A stretch of 64,000 nucleotides of DNA from an uncultured Gammaproteobacteria bacterium (GTDB taxonomy: Bacteria; Pseudomonadota; Gammaproteobacteria; Steroidobacterales; Rariloculaceae), in the NCBI GenBank assembly GCA_963702105.1, contig OY969712.1, positions 5,309,378-5,373,377 on the forward strand, written 5' to 3'. Within the stretch, counting starts at the first letter, position 1; each line of letters begins with the position of its first letter. Under the pieces are notes generated by a model that worked only from the letters and a program-made list of their open reading frames with translations, ran no database searches and was not told the DNA's origin. The position numbers were made by a program, and so were the translations under genes. This document shows, piece by piece, positions 1 through 8,501 of this stretch.

Positions 1-64
1 CGAGGCGCCGGTTCCGCTCTGAGCCGCGCCTCGCGAGCCCTCCCGGCCTCGGAGTCTTCGGTTA

Positions 65-1687
65 ATGCGGATGGGTCCCGCCTGCGGTAGTGTTTACCGT
101 GGCCGAGAGTTCGGACATGGGAGGCGATCCGTCGTCATGGAGGGTTCGCGCACGCCTGAATCCGGCGGCCCCACGTACGCGCAGCTCGAGGCGCTGCTCG
201 CGCTGGCCCCGGAGGCCGTATTCGTCGCCGACGAGGAGGGCCGCTATACGTTCGTGAACCTGGCAGCGTGTCGGCTGCTCGGCTGCAGCGCGGCCGCGAT
301 CGTCGGCAGGAACATACTCGATTTCATTCCGCCCGAGGATGGCCCCCGTCTGCGCGCCGCCCGCCAGAACCTCATGCGCGGAGCGACCGACTTCGGCGAG
401 TGGCGGCTGCGCCGCAAGGACGGAACGTGGGCGGAGGTCGAGGTCAGCGCGAAGTTCGTGCCGGGCGGCATGTGGGTCGGCTTTGCGCGCGACATCGCGG
501 AGCGCAAGGCGCAAGCGCGCGAGCACGAGCGCCTCGAGGAGGCGGTTCGCGCCAACGAGCGGCTCATGCAGACGGTGTTCGATCTGCTGCCCCTGGGCGT
601 GTGGATCGCGGACGAGTCGGGGCGCGTGGTCAGGCAGAACCCGGCGAGTGTGCGCATCTGGGCCGGATCGCGCCGGCTGCAGCCCGGCGACGGCGGCGAG
701 TACTTGGGCTGGTGGGTCGAGACCGGGGAGCCGATCGCGCCGGACGAGTGGGCGCTCGCGCGGGCCGTGCGCCGCGGCGAATCCTCGCGCGGCGAGCTCA
801 TACGCATTCGCTGCTTCGACGGCTCCTTCAGGACCATCATCGACTGGGCGGCACCGATTCTCGGGCCGGACGGCGCCGTCGTCGGAGCGGTCGGCGTCAA
901 CGAGGACGTCACGTCGCTGCAGCGCACGCAGGAACAGCTGCGCCAAGCCGTCCGCGCACGCGAGCGCATTTTGGCCGTCGTGGCGCACGACCTCCGCAGT
1001 CCGCTGCATCGGATCATGATCGGCACGAGCTCGATCGAAGCCCGGGCGGCGGATTTCCCGGGCGGCGAGAAGACGCGCGATTTGGCGCGTTCGCTCGGGG
1101 CCATCACGGAACAGACCGCGCGCCTCGCCGACGATCTGCTCGCGGTCGCGGTCGCCGGCGACGGCGGGACGCCGCCGTTACAGCTCGCGCCCGTGCCGGC
1201 CGCGTCGCTGCTGGCGCAAGCGGCCGAGGCTGCCGAACCGCTGCTTGCGCAGGCTTCGCTGGAGCTCATCGTCGAAACTTTGGGCTGGCTCCCGGTTTTG
1301 CACGTCGATGCGGACCGAATCCTGCGCGTCTTCGCGAACCTCGTGGACAACGCCGTGAAGTTCACGTCCGCGCCCGGCTACGTGCGCATGGTGGCGGAGC
1401 GGATTGCGGGCGGCGCGCGGTTCTGCCTCGAGAACAGCGGGCCGGCCCTCGGAGCCGAGGGGACCGCGTCGATGTTCCGGCCTTTCTGGCAGCGCAGCCG
1501 GGATGCGCGCGGCACGGGTCTCGGCCTTTCGATCTGCCGCAGCATGGTCGAGGCGCACGGCGGGAGCATCTGGGCGGAATCGGCCGAAGGCGCGCGCGTG
1601 CGCGTCTGCTTCGTGCTGCCGCGGCTCAGCCTCGCGGCAATGGGCGAGAAATCGCCCCCGGCGCCGGGCAAGGCGCCCCCCGGATGA
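65..1687 (+). CDS. Cytoplasmic PAS-domain sensor histidine kinase
   Basis: 540-aa ORF. PAS-like segments (FVADEEGRYTFVN, WIADESGRVVRQN), H-box VVAHDLRSPLH, HATPase_c motifs NLVDNAVKFT and GTGLGLSICRSMVEAHGG. No TM segment. Start uncertain: ATG 65 or ATG 137 (MEGSRT). Confidence 0.85.
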   Translation: MRMGPACGSVYRGREFGHGRRSVVMEGSRTPESGGPTYAQLEALLALAPEAVFVADEEGRYTFVNLAACRLLGCSAAAIVGRNILDFIPPEDGPRLRAARQNLMRGATDFGEWRLRRKDGTWAEVEVSAKFVPGGMWVGFARDIAERKAQAREHERLEEAVRANERLMQTVFDLLPLGVWIADESGRVVRQNPASVRIWAGSRRLQPGDGGEYLGWWVETGEPIAPDEWALARAVRRGESSRGELIRIRCFDGSFRTIIDWAAPILGPDGAVVGAVGVNEDVTSLQRTQEQLRQAVRARERILAVVAHDLRSPLHRIMIGTSSIEARAADFPGGEKTRDLARSLGAITEQTARLADDLLAVAVAGDGGTPPLQLAPVPAASLLAQAAEAAEPLLAQASLELIVETLGWLPVLHVDADRILRVFANLVDNAVKFTSAPGYVRMVAERIAGGARFCLENSGPALGAEGTASMFRPFWQRSRDARGTGLGLSICRSMVEAHGGSIWAESAEGARVRVCFVLPRLSLAAMGEKSPPAPGKAPPG

Positions 1688-1742
1688 GCTCGAAGCGGGC
1701 GCCCTTGAATTCGCCGACCTCGAGCCCCCATAGTGGCGGAAC

Positions 1743-2480
1743 ATGGACGTGACCACCGCAACGTTCGAGCTCGAGGTGCTCGAGGCTTCGAAAACGCAGC
1801 CCGTCGCCGTAGACTTTTGGGCGCCCTGGTGCGGGCCGTGCCGGACGCTCGGTCCCATCGTCGAGAAGGTCGCCGAAGAGCTCGCAGGCCGGGTCAAGCT
1901 CGTCAAGGTCAATGCCGACGAGAATCCCGATCTGTCTGCCGCGTTTCGCGTGCGCTCGATCCCGAACGTCATCGGGTTCAAGGATGGCCGCGCCGCGGCG
2001 CAGTTCACGGGCGCGGTGCCGGAACGGCAGGTGCGGGCATTCTTCGAGAAGCTGCTGCCCTCCGAGTCGGAAGAGGCGCTGCAGCGCGCCGAGGCCGCAT
2101 TTGCGGCACAGCGGCTCGACGAGGCCGAGCGCGAGCTCGAACGCGTCGAGCGGGACCCGGCGCTCGAGGCGCGCGTCGCGGCCGTGAGGCAGGGCGTCGC
2201 TTACGCCCGCGCGGCCGAGCGGGGGCCGGACGAGGATGCGCTGCGCGGCCGGCTCGAGCGGGACCCCGGCGATCACGAGGCGCGCCTCGGTCTCGCGGGC
2301 CTCTACGCCTCGCGGCGCCAATACCGCGAGGCCATGGATGCGCTGCTCGAGATCGTGCGGCGAGCCAAGGGGTGGCGCGACGGCGAAGCGCAGCGGCAGC
2401 TGCTGGCCTTGTTCGACCTGGCCGGGCAGCCGGCGCTCGTGAACGAGTATCGGCGCAAACTCGCGAACGCGCTGCACTGA
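1743..2480 (+). CDS. Thioredoxin-domain protein with C-terminal TPR-like helical extension (YbbN/CnoX-like architecture)
   Basis: 245-aa ORF. Intact thioredoxin active site FWAPWCGPCR and IPNVIGFKDG. About 130 aa of helical Ala/Arg/Glu-rich tail. Confidence 0.85.
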   Translation: MDVTTATFELEVLEASKTQPVAVDFWAPWCGPCRTLGPIVEKVAEELAGRVKLVKVNADENPDLSAAFRVRSIPNVIGFKDGRAAAQFTGAVPERQVRAFFEKLLPSESEEALQRAEAAFAAQRLDEAERELERVERDPALEARVAAVRQGVAYARAAERGPDEDALRGRLERDPGDHEARLGLAGLYASRRQYREAMDALLEIVRRAKGWRDGEAQRQLLALFDLAGQPALVNEYRRKLANALH

Positions 2481-2591
2481 GGCATCGCGCGCGCATCTCC
2501 TTCCAGCTTCCAGCTGCTTGTTGCAGCTTCCGGCTTCGAGCGTCCTGCGCGGCGCTTCGCCTCGGCGCAGTCCAGAGCTCCTACGCGGCGC

Positions 2592-3665
2592 TCAGCGCGC
2601 TGCGGCGCCGCCGGCGGGTTCGTCTTCCCCGGCTCGTACGTGCTCCCCGGTCGGGCCGTGCTCGCCGGCACGCTTGAGAATCGCCTGCCTCTCGGCGTCG
2701 TCCACGAGCCTGCATTTGAGCGACGGAATCGAATCGGCCCCCGAGGCCAGCGCGGCGGCCAGCTGCTCCTGCGTCGCCTGGGCGCAGAGCGGCCGCTTCT
2801 TGAGGTAGTCGGGACGGATCGGCGAATCGAGGTCGGGTCCGGAATCGTACGAGCCGCAGAGGCTGAAGAGGCCGAAGAAGTTGCCGCCCCCGAGCAGGGC
2901 CTGACAGAGGCCCGCGACCGCGCGCCCGACCTTCGTCCGCTGCTGGCCCGCATGCATGAGGGAGGGCTCGTCGCTCGGGCCGCCGAGTCGGCCCTCGAAG
3001 GCCGCTTTCCACACGCCCTGCCACGGGTTCGGATCTGCCGGTGCGGCCTTCCCGACCGCGTCGTCGAGAGAAAACGTATGGTAGTTGCGCGCGCGCGCCT
3101 GCTGCTCGACGACCTGCGCCACGGCGCGACGGCGTAAGGCTTCGAAATCGACTTGCCCGCCCTCGACGGCGGGGCTCGGCGGCGCGCGCGGACGGGCCGG
3201 CAGCTCCGGCGGTGCCCGGGGCGAAGCCGGGCGGGCCGACGAGGCCTCGGCGCGGGGTCGTTGCGGCGGCTTGGCCCGGGCAGGCGTCGGTGCCGGCGCC
3301 GTCTGAGCCGGCGCAGGAACCGTCTCGGCGGGCGCCGGAGGCGTCTCGACCGGCGGCGGGACTGGCGCGGCGCGCGGGGGCGCCGGGGGCGGCGGGGGCG
3401 GAGCGGTGCGGAGCTCGCCGAGCCAGACGATGGTTGCGGGAGCCGGTGTTCGAGAGGGCTCGTCCTGCCTCTCGGCACGGATCAGGGCCAGGATCAGCAA
3501 CGCGTGCAGAAAAATCGAGACCGCGAGGGCGCGTCTGCCTCGCAGCGAAAGGTACCTGGGCGCGGCCGCGCCCGCTGACGGCTGGCTCGAGACCATGCCC
3601 GGCTCGCAAGGAATTGTTATTCCTAATGCAGACCGTCCAAGCCGTGCCGAGTTCGCGCTGCTCAT
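2592..3665 (-). CDS. Hypothetical membrane-anchored protein with Pro-rich spacer
   Basis: 357-aa ORF. Single TM (ALAVSIFLHALLILALI), then about 110 aa of Pro/Ala-rich spacer (PPPPPPAPPRAAPVPPPVETPPAP), then a Cys-containing C-terminal domain with no motif I recognise. Start uncertain (alternative MVSSQPS). Confidence 0.55.
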   Translation of the reverse strand: MSSANSARLGRSALGITIPCEPGMVSSQPSAGAAAPRYLSLRGRRALAVSIFLHALLILALIRAERQDEPSRTPAPATIVWLGELRTAPPPPPPAPPRAAPVPPPVETPPAPAETVPAPAQTAPAPTPARAKPPQRPRAEASSARPASPRAPPELPARPRAPPSPAVEGGQVDFEALRRRAVAQVVEQQARARNYHTFSLDDAVGKAAPADPNPWQGVWKAAFEGRLGGPSDEPSLMHAGQQRTKVGRAVAGLCQALLGGGNFFGLFSLCGSYDSGPDLDSPIRPDYLKKRPLCAQATQEQLAAALASGADSIPSLKCRLVDDAERQAILKRAGEHGPTGEHVRAGEDEPAGGAAAR

Positions 3666-3841
3666 TTCGCAGCCGCGGTCACGGGCGCCGGGGCACCGCC
3701 GGGGCGGGGACGCGTCCTCGGCCCAGCCGGCCGGCTCGGCCCGGTCAGAAGCGGTAGCCCAGGTTCAGCGCATACCGCCGGCCCTCGGAATCCGGGCAAG
3801 ATGGCGGCCCTGAACGGCGCCGTCCCGAAGCCGGAGCACTT

Positions 3842-5107
3842 ATGCGTGTTTTGCTGACGCCCGTCGGATCGGCAGGCGACAATCTGCCCTTCATCGGAAT
3901 CGGCGCCGAGCTCGTGCGGCGCGGTCACGACGTGACCGTCGCGACGAGCGAGCACTTCGCGGCCGCGGCCCGCGATGCGGGCTTGGATCTCGTCTCGATC
4001 GCGACCGAGGCCGAATACCGTGCTGCCATCGACGATCCCGATCTCTTCCATCCGCGCCGGGGTCTTCCGGCCGTCCTCGCGCGCGTCGTCGAGCTCGACC
4101 GTCGGCTGTTCGAGGTCGTCGCGGCGCAGCGCGCGCAGGGTCCGCTCGTCGTCGTCGCGCACTCGCTCGACTTCGCCTCGCGCGCGTTCGCCGACGCCGA
4201 AGGGCTGCCGGTCATACGCGTGCATCTGCAGCCCTCGATCTTGAGGACGATCTACGCCGTGCCGACCACGAACACGCTGCTCGATCTGCCGTGGCTGCCT
4301 CGCTGGGGCAAACGCGCGATCTGGGCCCTCGCTGACCGGGGCGTATTCGATCCGATCCTCGCGCCGGTCGTCAACGACTTCAGGGCGCGCCTCGGCCTTG
4401 CCCCCGTGCGGCGCGTGTTCGCGACGCAGATCGATTCGCCGCTGCGCACGCTCGCGATGTTCCCGGCCTGGTATGCGGCCCCGCAGCCCGACTGGCCCGC
4501 GAATCTCGTGCAATGCGGTTTCCCGCTGTTCGACGGCGCTGCCGCCGAAGGCTTGCGGCCCGATGTCGGGCAGTTTCTCGCCGGCGGCGAGCCGCCGATC
4601 GTATTCACGCCGGGTTCCGCGATGCGCTTCGGGCATGCGTTCTTCGCCGCGGCCGCGGGCGCGTGCAGGCGCCTCGGCCGGCGCGGTGTGCTGCTGACGC
4701 GCCACCCCGAGCAGCTGCCGGCGGAGCTGCCGCCGCGCGTCGCGCATTTCGACTATGCGCCGCTCGGCGCGCTGCTGCCGCGCAGCGCGGCCCTCGTGCA
4801 TCACGGCGGCATCGGCACGACGGCCGCCGGGCTCGCGGGCGCGGTGCCGCAGGTCGTCGTGCCTTTCAGTCACGATCAGCCCGACAATGCCGCCCGCGTC
4901 GTGCGCCTCGGGGTCGGCGCCGCCGTGCCCCCACGAGCGCTCGAGGCGGACCGGCTGGCGGCCCGGCTCGGTGAGCTGCTCGGCGCCCCCGCCGTCGCGC
5001 GGCGCTGCCGCGAAACCGCAGCGCTGTGCCGCGCCGACGACGGGTTGACACGCGCCTGCGATCTCATCGAAGCAGCGGCAGCCGCGGAAGGACGCCGGCG
5101 CAGCTAG
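3842..5107 (+). CDS. GT1-family glycosyltransferase (MGT/RhlB/UDP-glycosyltransferase-like)
   Basis: 421-aa ORF. N-terminus MRVLLTPVGSAGDNLPFIGIGAEL. C-terminal nucleotide-sugar motif HHGGIGTTAAGLAGAVPQVVVPFSHDQPDNA. Confidence 0.85.
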   Translation: MRVLLTPVGSAGDNLPFIGIGAELVRRGHDVTVATSEHFAAAARDAGLDLVSIATEAEYRAAIDDPDLFHPRRGLPAVLARVVELDRRLFEVVAAQRAQGPLVVVAHSLDFASRAFADAEGLPVIRVHLQPSILRTIYAVPTTNTLLDLPWLPRWGKRAIWALADRGVFDPILAPVVNDFRARLGLAPVRRVFATQIDSPLRTLAMFPAWYAAPQPDWPANLVQCGFPLFDGAAAEGLRPDVGQFLAGGEPPIVFTPGSAMRFGHAFFAAAAGACRRLGRRGVLLTRHPEQLPAELPPRVAHFDYAPLGALLPRSAALVHHGGIGTTAAGLAGAVPQVVVPFSHDQPDNAARVVRLGVGAAVPPRALEADRLAARLGELLGAPAVARRCRETAALCRADDGLTRACDLIEAAAAAEGRRRS

Positions 5108-5175
5108 TACCACGGGCCGCTTCATCCGCTCACGGCGGCGGCGTAAGCTCATTGCCTCTTCGCGGAGGCTGCGAG

Positions 5176-6534
5176 ATGTACGCAATCCTGGAACAGGCGG
5201 CCCGCCGCGCGCGCGCTTATCTCGAATCGATCGGGACCCGGGCCGTCGCACCGAGTCCGGAAGCCGTGCGCGGCCTCGCGCGCCTCGACGAGCCCTTGCC
5301 CGAGCGCCAGGGCACGGCGGAGCGGACGCTGGCGCTGCTCGACGAGGTCGTCTCGCCGGCGACCTTGGCCATGGCGGGGCCTCGTTTCTTCGGCTTCGTC
5401 ATCGGCGGCGCATTGCCGGCGGCCTTGGCTGCGAACTGGCTCGCCGGCGCCTGGGACCAGAACAGCGGCCTCTACAACGTCACGCCGGGGGTCGCGCACC
5501 TCGAGCAGGTCGCATTGCGCTGGCTCGTCGAGCTGTTCGGCCTGCCGCCGAGCACGGGCGGCGGCTTCGTCACGGGGGCGACCGTCGCGAACTTTACCGC
5601 GCTCGCGGCCGCGCGGCGCGCCGTGCTCGCACGCGCCGGCTGGAACGTCGAAGCCGACGGTCTCTTCGGCGCCCCGCCCATCACGGTGCTCACCGGCGAG
5701 GAGGCGCACCCGACGCTGCTGAAATCGCTCGGTATGCTCGGCCTCGGGCGTTCGCGCGTCGTGCGCGTGCCCGTAGACGGGCAGGGCCGCATGCGCGCCG
5801 ACGCGGTGCCGGGCATCGGAGGGCCGACGATCCTGTGTCTGCAGGCCGGGAACGTCAACACGGGCGCGTTCGATCCCTTCGAAGACATCGTGGACGCCGC
5901 CCGTGCGGCCGGCGCCTGGGTGCACGTCGACGGCGCTTTCGGACTCTGGGCCAAGGCCGCGCCGTCGCGCCGGTACCTCGCGGCCGGGCTCGAGCGCGCG
6001 GATTCGTGGGCGACCGACGCGCACAAATGGCTGAACGTACCCTATGACAGCGGGCTCGCGTTCGTGCGCGACACGGCGAGCCTGCAGGCCGCCATGGCCA
6101 TCACCGCCGACTACCTGCCGACCGGCACGCCCGAGCGCAATCCCAGCGACTTCACGCCCGAGCTTTCGCGGCGTGCCCGCGGCGTCGAGGTCTGGGCGGC
6201 GCTGCACGCCCTGGGCCGCGCGGGTCTGGCCGAGCTCCTCGAGCGCAGCTGCCGCCAGGCGCGCAGGTTCGCGGCCGCGCTCGCGGAAGCGGGGTTCGAG
6301 ATCCTCAACGATGTCGTCCTGAACCAGGTGCTCGTCGCATTCGGCGACGCGGCGGCGACGCGGCGGGTCATCGCGGAGATCCAGCACGAGGGCACTTGCT
6401 GGTGCGGTGTTACCGTTTGGCAGGGCCGCACCGCAATGCGCATCAGCGTCTGCAGCTGGGCCACGACAGACGCGGACGTCGAAAAGAGCCTCGAGGCCAT
6501 ACTGCGCGCGGCCGCAGGCACGGAGCGTGCATGA
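5176..6534 (+). CDS. PLP-dependent group II decarboxylase-family enzyme
   Basis: The in-frame ATG at 5176 (MYAILEQAARR) is preferred over the ORF start at 5026. PLP-lysine motif WATDAHKWLNVPYDSGLAF. Fold-type I pattern GGGFVTGATVANF. Confidence 0.8.
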   Translation: MYAILEQAARRARAYLESIGTRAVAPSPEAVRGLARLDEPLPERQGTAERTLALLDEVVSPATLAMAGPRFFGFVIGGALPAALAANWLAGAWDQNSGLYNVTPGVAHLEQVALRWLVELFGLPPSTGGGFVTGATVANFTALAAARRAVLARAGWNVEADGLFGAPPITVLTGEEAHPTLLKSLGMLGLGRSRVVRVPVDGQGRMRADAVPGIGGPTILCLQAGNVNTGAFDPFEDIVDAARAAGAWVHVDGAFGLWAKAAPSRRYLAAGLERADSWATDAHKWLNVPYDSGLAFVRDTASLQAAMAITADYLPTGTPERNPSDFTPELSRRARGVEVWAALHALGRAGLAELLERSCRQARRFAAALAEAGFEILNDVVLNQVLVAFGDAAATRRVIAEIQHEGTCWCGVTVWQGRTAMRISVCSWATTDADVEKSLEAILRAAAGTERA

Positions 6535-6567
6535 CTATCGCTCGGGCCCAGGGCCGAGTGAGCTGCA

Positions 6568-7137
6568 ATGCATCTGTTTCAGGCGGAAGCGCTGTTGTCC
6601 GAGGACCTCTCGGGTTGGACGATGGCCGGCGAAGGCGGCTTCGACTACGTAGGCGCCGGCGTCGTCGAGAGCCGCGGCGGCCCGGGCCTATGCTGGTACG
6701 GCCGCGAGATTTACGAGAACCTCGTGCTCGAAGTCGAGTGGCGCGTTGCGAGCCGCACCGACAACTCCGGGGTCTTCCTGCGATGCCCGCCGCTCGCCGC
6801 CGATCCGGCCCCCGCCATCGAGCGCGGCTTCGAGGTCCAGATCGACGAGCGCGGCTATGATCCCGAGGCCCGCGTCGAGGACAGCGCCCTGCATTCCACG
6901 GGCGCGATCTACAAGCTCGCCCCGGCGCTCGCCCACGCGTCCTATCCGATCGGCGAGTGGAACCGGTTCCACATCGTGGCACGCGGCGGGACGCTCGAGG
7001 TCGCGCTGAACGGCGAGCTCGTGTCGCGGACGCGCGGCGCGTCGCGCGAGCCGCGCGGCCACGTCGCGCTGCAGGCGCATCACGAGGGCTCGCGCGTCCA
7101 GTTCCGGGCACTGCGCGTCCGGCGCCTCGAAGAGTAG
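6568..7137 (+). CDS. DUF1080 (3-keto-disaccharide hydrolase-like) domain protein
   Basis: 189-aa ORF with the family pattern GWTMAG, NSGVFLR, GFEVQIDE, STGAIYKLAP, WNRFHIVARGGTLEVALNGELV, HVALQAH. Confidence 0.75.
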   Translation: MHLFQAEALLSEDLSGWTMAGEGGFDYVGAGVVESRGGPGLCWYGREIYENLVLEVEWRVASRTDNSGVFLRCPPLAADPAPAIERGFEVQIDERGYDPEARVEDSALHSTGAIYKLAPALAHASYPIGEWNRFHIVARGGTLEVALNGELVSRTRGASREPRGHVALQAHHEGSRVQFRALRVRRLEE

Positions 7138-7152
7138 CCTCGAAGCTCGGGC

Positions 7153-7686
7153 CTACTTCGCGGTCGTGAACGGGCGAACGTCCACGACGGCGGCGTGCGG
7201 GTCCGAAGCGTGGCGCGGCGACACGCCCGTGACCCAGTCGCCGGGCTTGAGGCCCGCGATGTGCGCAGCCGAGCCGGCGGGCACTGCCACGCGGTAGACG
7301 ACATAGGCGTCGTCGAGCTCGGTGCCGACGAACTCGGCCGGCAGTGTCAGCGCTTCGGGCGACGCGACGGCCTGGCCGCGCGGGGCGACGGCCCGGATGC
7401 CGGCCCCCCAGGTCATGCCGGTCCAAGTCAGCGTCACGGCCTGCCCCTTGCTAAACCGATCCAGGGCCTTCCTGTCGGCATAGGTCTCCATTCGGGACTT
7501 CAAGGTCAGCATGTTCGAACCCGAATCGAACGAGACGAGCTCGGCGGACCAGCGGAAGTCCGCGTGCGCCTTTTGATCGCCGGCGGCGAGCGCGCCTTGC
7601 ACCCAAGCGCCGCCGATCAGAAGAAGCGCCGCGACTACGAAGGTGCCCGCAATGGCGTTTCGGCTTTTCTCGTTCTTGGCCGTCAT
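7153..7686 (-). CDS. Hypothetical N-terminally anchored/secreted protein
   Basis: ATG at 7686 (MTAKNEK) inside the longer ORF 7153..8376. Hydrophobic anchor AIAGTFVVAALLLIGGAWV. GC3-rich codons. No recognised domain. Confidence 0.55.
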   Translation of the reverse strand: MTAKNEKSRNAIAGTFVVAALLLIGGAWVQGALAAGDQKAHADFRWSAELVSFDSGSNMLTLKSRMETYADRKALDRFSKGQAVTLTWTGMTWGAGIRAVAPRGQAVASPEALTLPAEFVGTELDDAYVVYRVAVPAGSAAHIAGLKPGDWVTGVSPRHASDPHAAVVDVRPFTTAK

Positions 7687-7868
7687 GGTCCTGTCCTCCT
7701 CGAATGATTCCCCGGCGAATGAACCCTGGCGCCGACACGGCGTGGCGCCGCACTCCGTTTTCGGACCACCGCAGCGGCGGAAAGTTTCCCGAACGGGGCC
7801 GGTGTCGGACGCGAAAAAGAACGGGCCTCGCGGCGCCGCCGCGAGGCCCGTCCCAAGAGGCCTTATCG

Positions 7869-8216
7869 TTACTTGACGCCGAGCTTGTCGAGCGTCGCCT
7901 TGTCGATTCGGCCGTTCGCCTTCAGGCCGTTGTCCGTTTGGAATTTCTTGAGGGCCTCGCGCGTAGTCGGGCCGATCTGTCCGTCTACCTTGAGGCTGGC
8001 GCCGTGCTGGTTCAGCGCTCGCTGGACGGCCTCTACACGCGCCGAACCGTGCTGCTTGCGCGCCAGCGTGGTCGCGTGGTGGGCGTTCTCGACCGGCTTG
8101 TTGCCGCCGGCCGCGGACGCCCCGCTTCCTCCCTGTGCCCATGCGCCGCCGGAGAAGCCGGCGACCAGGGCCAATGCGGACGCCACGGAAACCAACCCAC
8201 GTCTCTTGATGATCAT
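7869..8216 (-). CDS. Secreted peptidoglycan-binding (PG_binding_1) domain protein
   Basis: 115-aa ORF. Signal peptide LVSVASALALVAGFSGGAWA. PGBD pattern VEAVQRALNQHGASLKVDGQIGPTTREALKKFQTDNGLKANGRIDKATL. Confidence 0.8.
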   Translation of the reverse strand: MIIKRRGLVSVASALALVAGFSGGAWAQGGSGASAAGGNKPVENAHHATTLARKQHGSARVEAVQRALNQHGASLKVDGQIGPTTREALKKFQTDNGLKANGRIDKATLDKLGVK

Positions 8217-8466
8217 GTAACGACTCCAGAATCGGAACCGGTGATGGAAGCGCCGCAGGGCGCCGCCCGGGCGCCGGCACCACGAGCCGCACGTGCCCCC
8301 GCCTGGGGGACGGCGTGCCCATAAGACCTCCGCCGCGGGAAAAAGTCACCGGGTTTGGAAACTTTTTTTCTTGCACGCGCCGGGCATGAGTCTTGCAGCC
8401 AAGTTAGGGCCCGGAGGGGCCCCGCGCGCGAGCCGCCGGAGCCCCGCAACAGGAAGGCAAGAGCAC

Positions 8467-8496
8467 CGCGAGAAATCGCGAGAGACCGCGAGAGAC
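8467..8496 (+). repeat. Three tandem 10-bp units (cgcgagaaat, cgcgagagac, cgcgagagac) ending 5 nt before the Cdc48-like start codon
   Basis: Read directly at 8467..8476, 8477..8486 and 8487..8496. Each unit contains a purine-rich SD-like gagaga. Confidence 0.9.
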
Positions 8497-8501
8497 CGAT
8501 C

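Noticed and set aside
8356-8375. Sigma-54-like TGG...TTGC pair upstream of the Cdc48-like gene
   Set aside because: The GG and GC dinucleotides are 16 nt apart instead of the required 10, so this is not a -24/-12 promoter.
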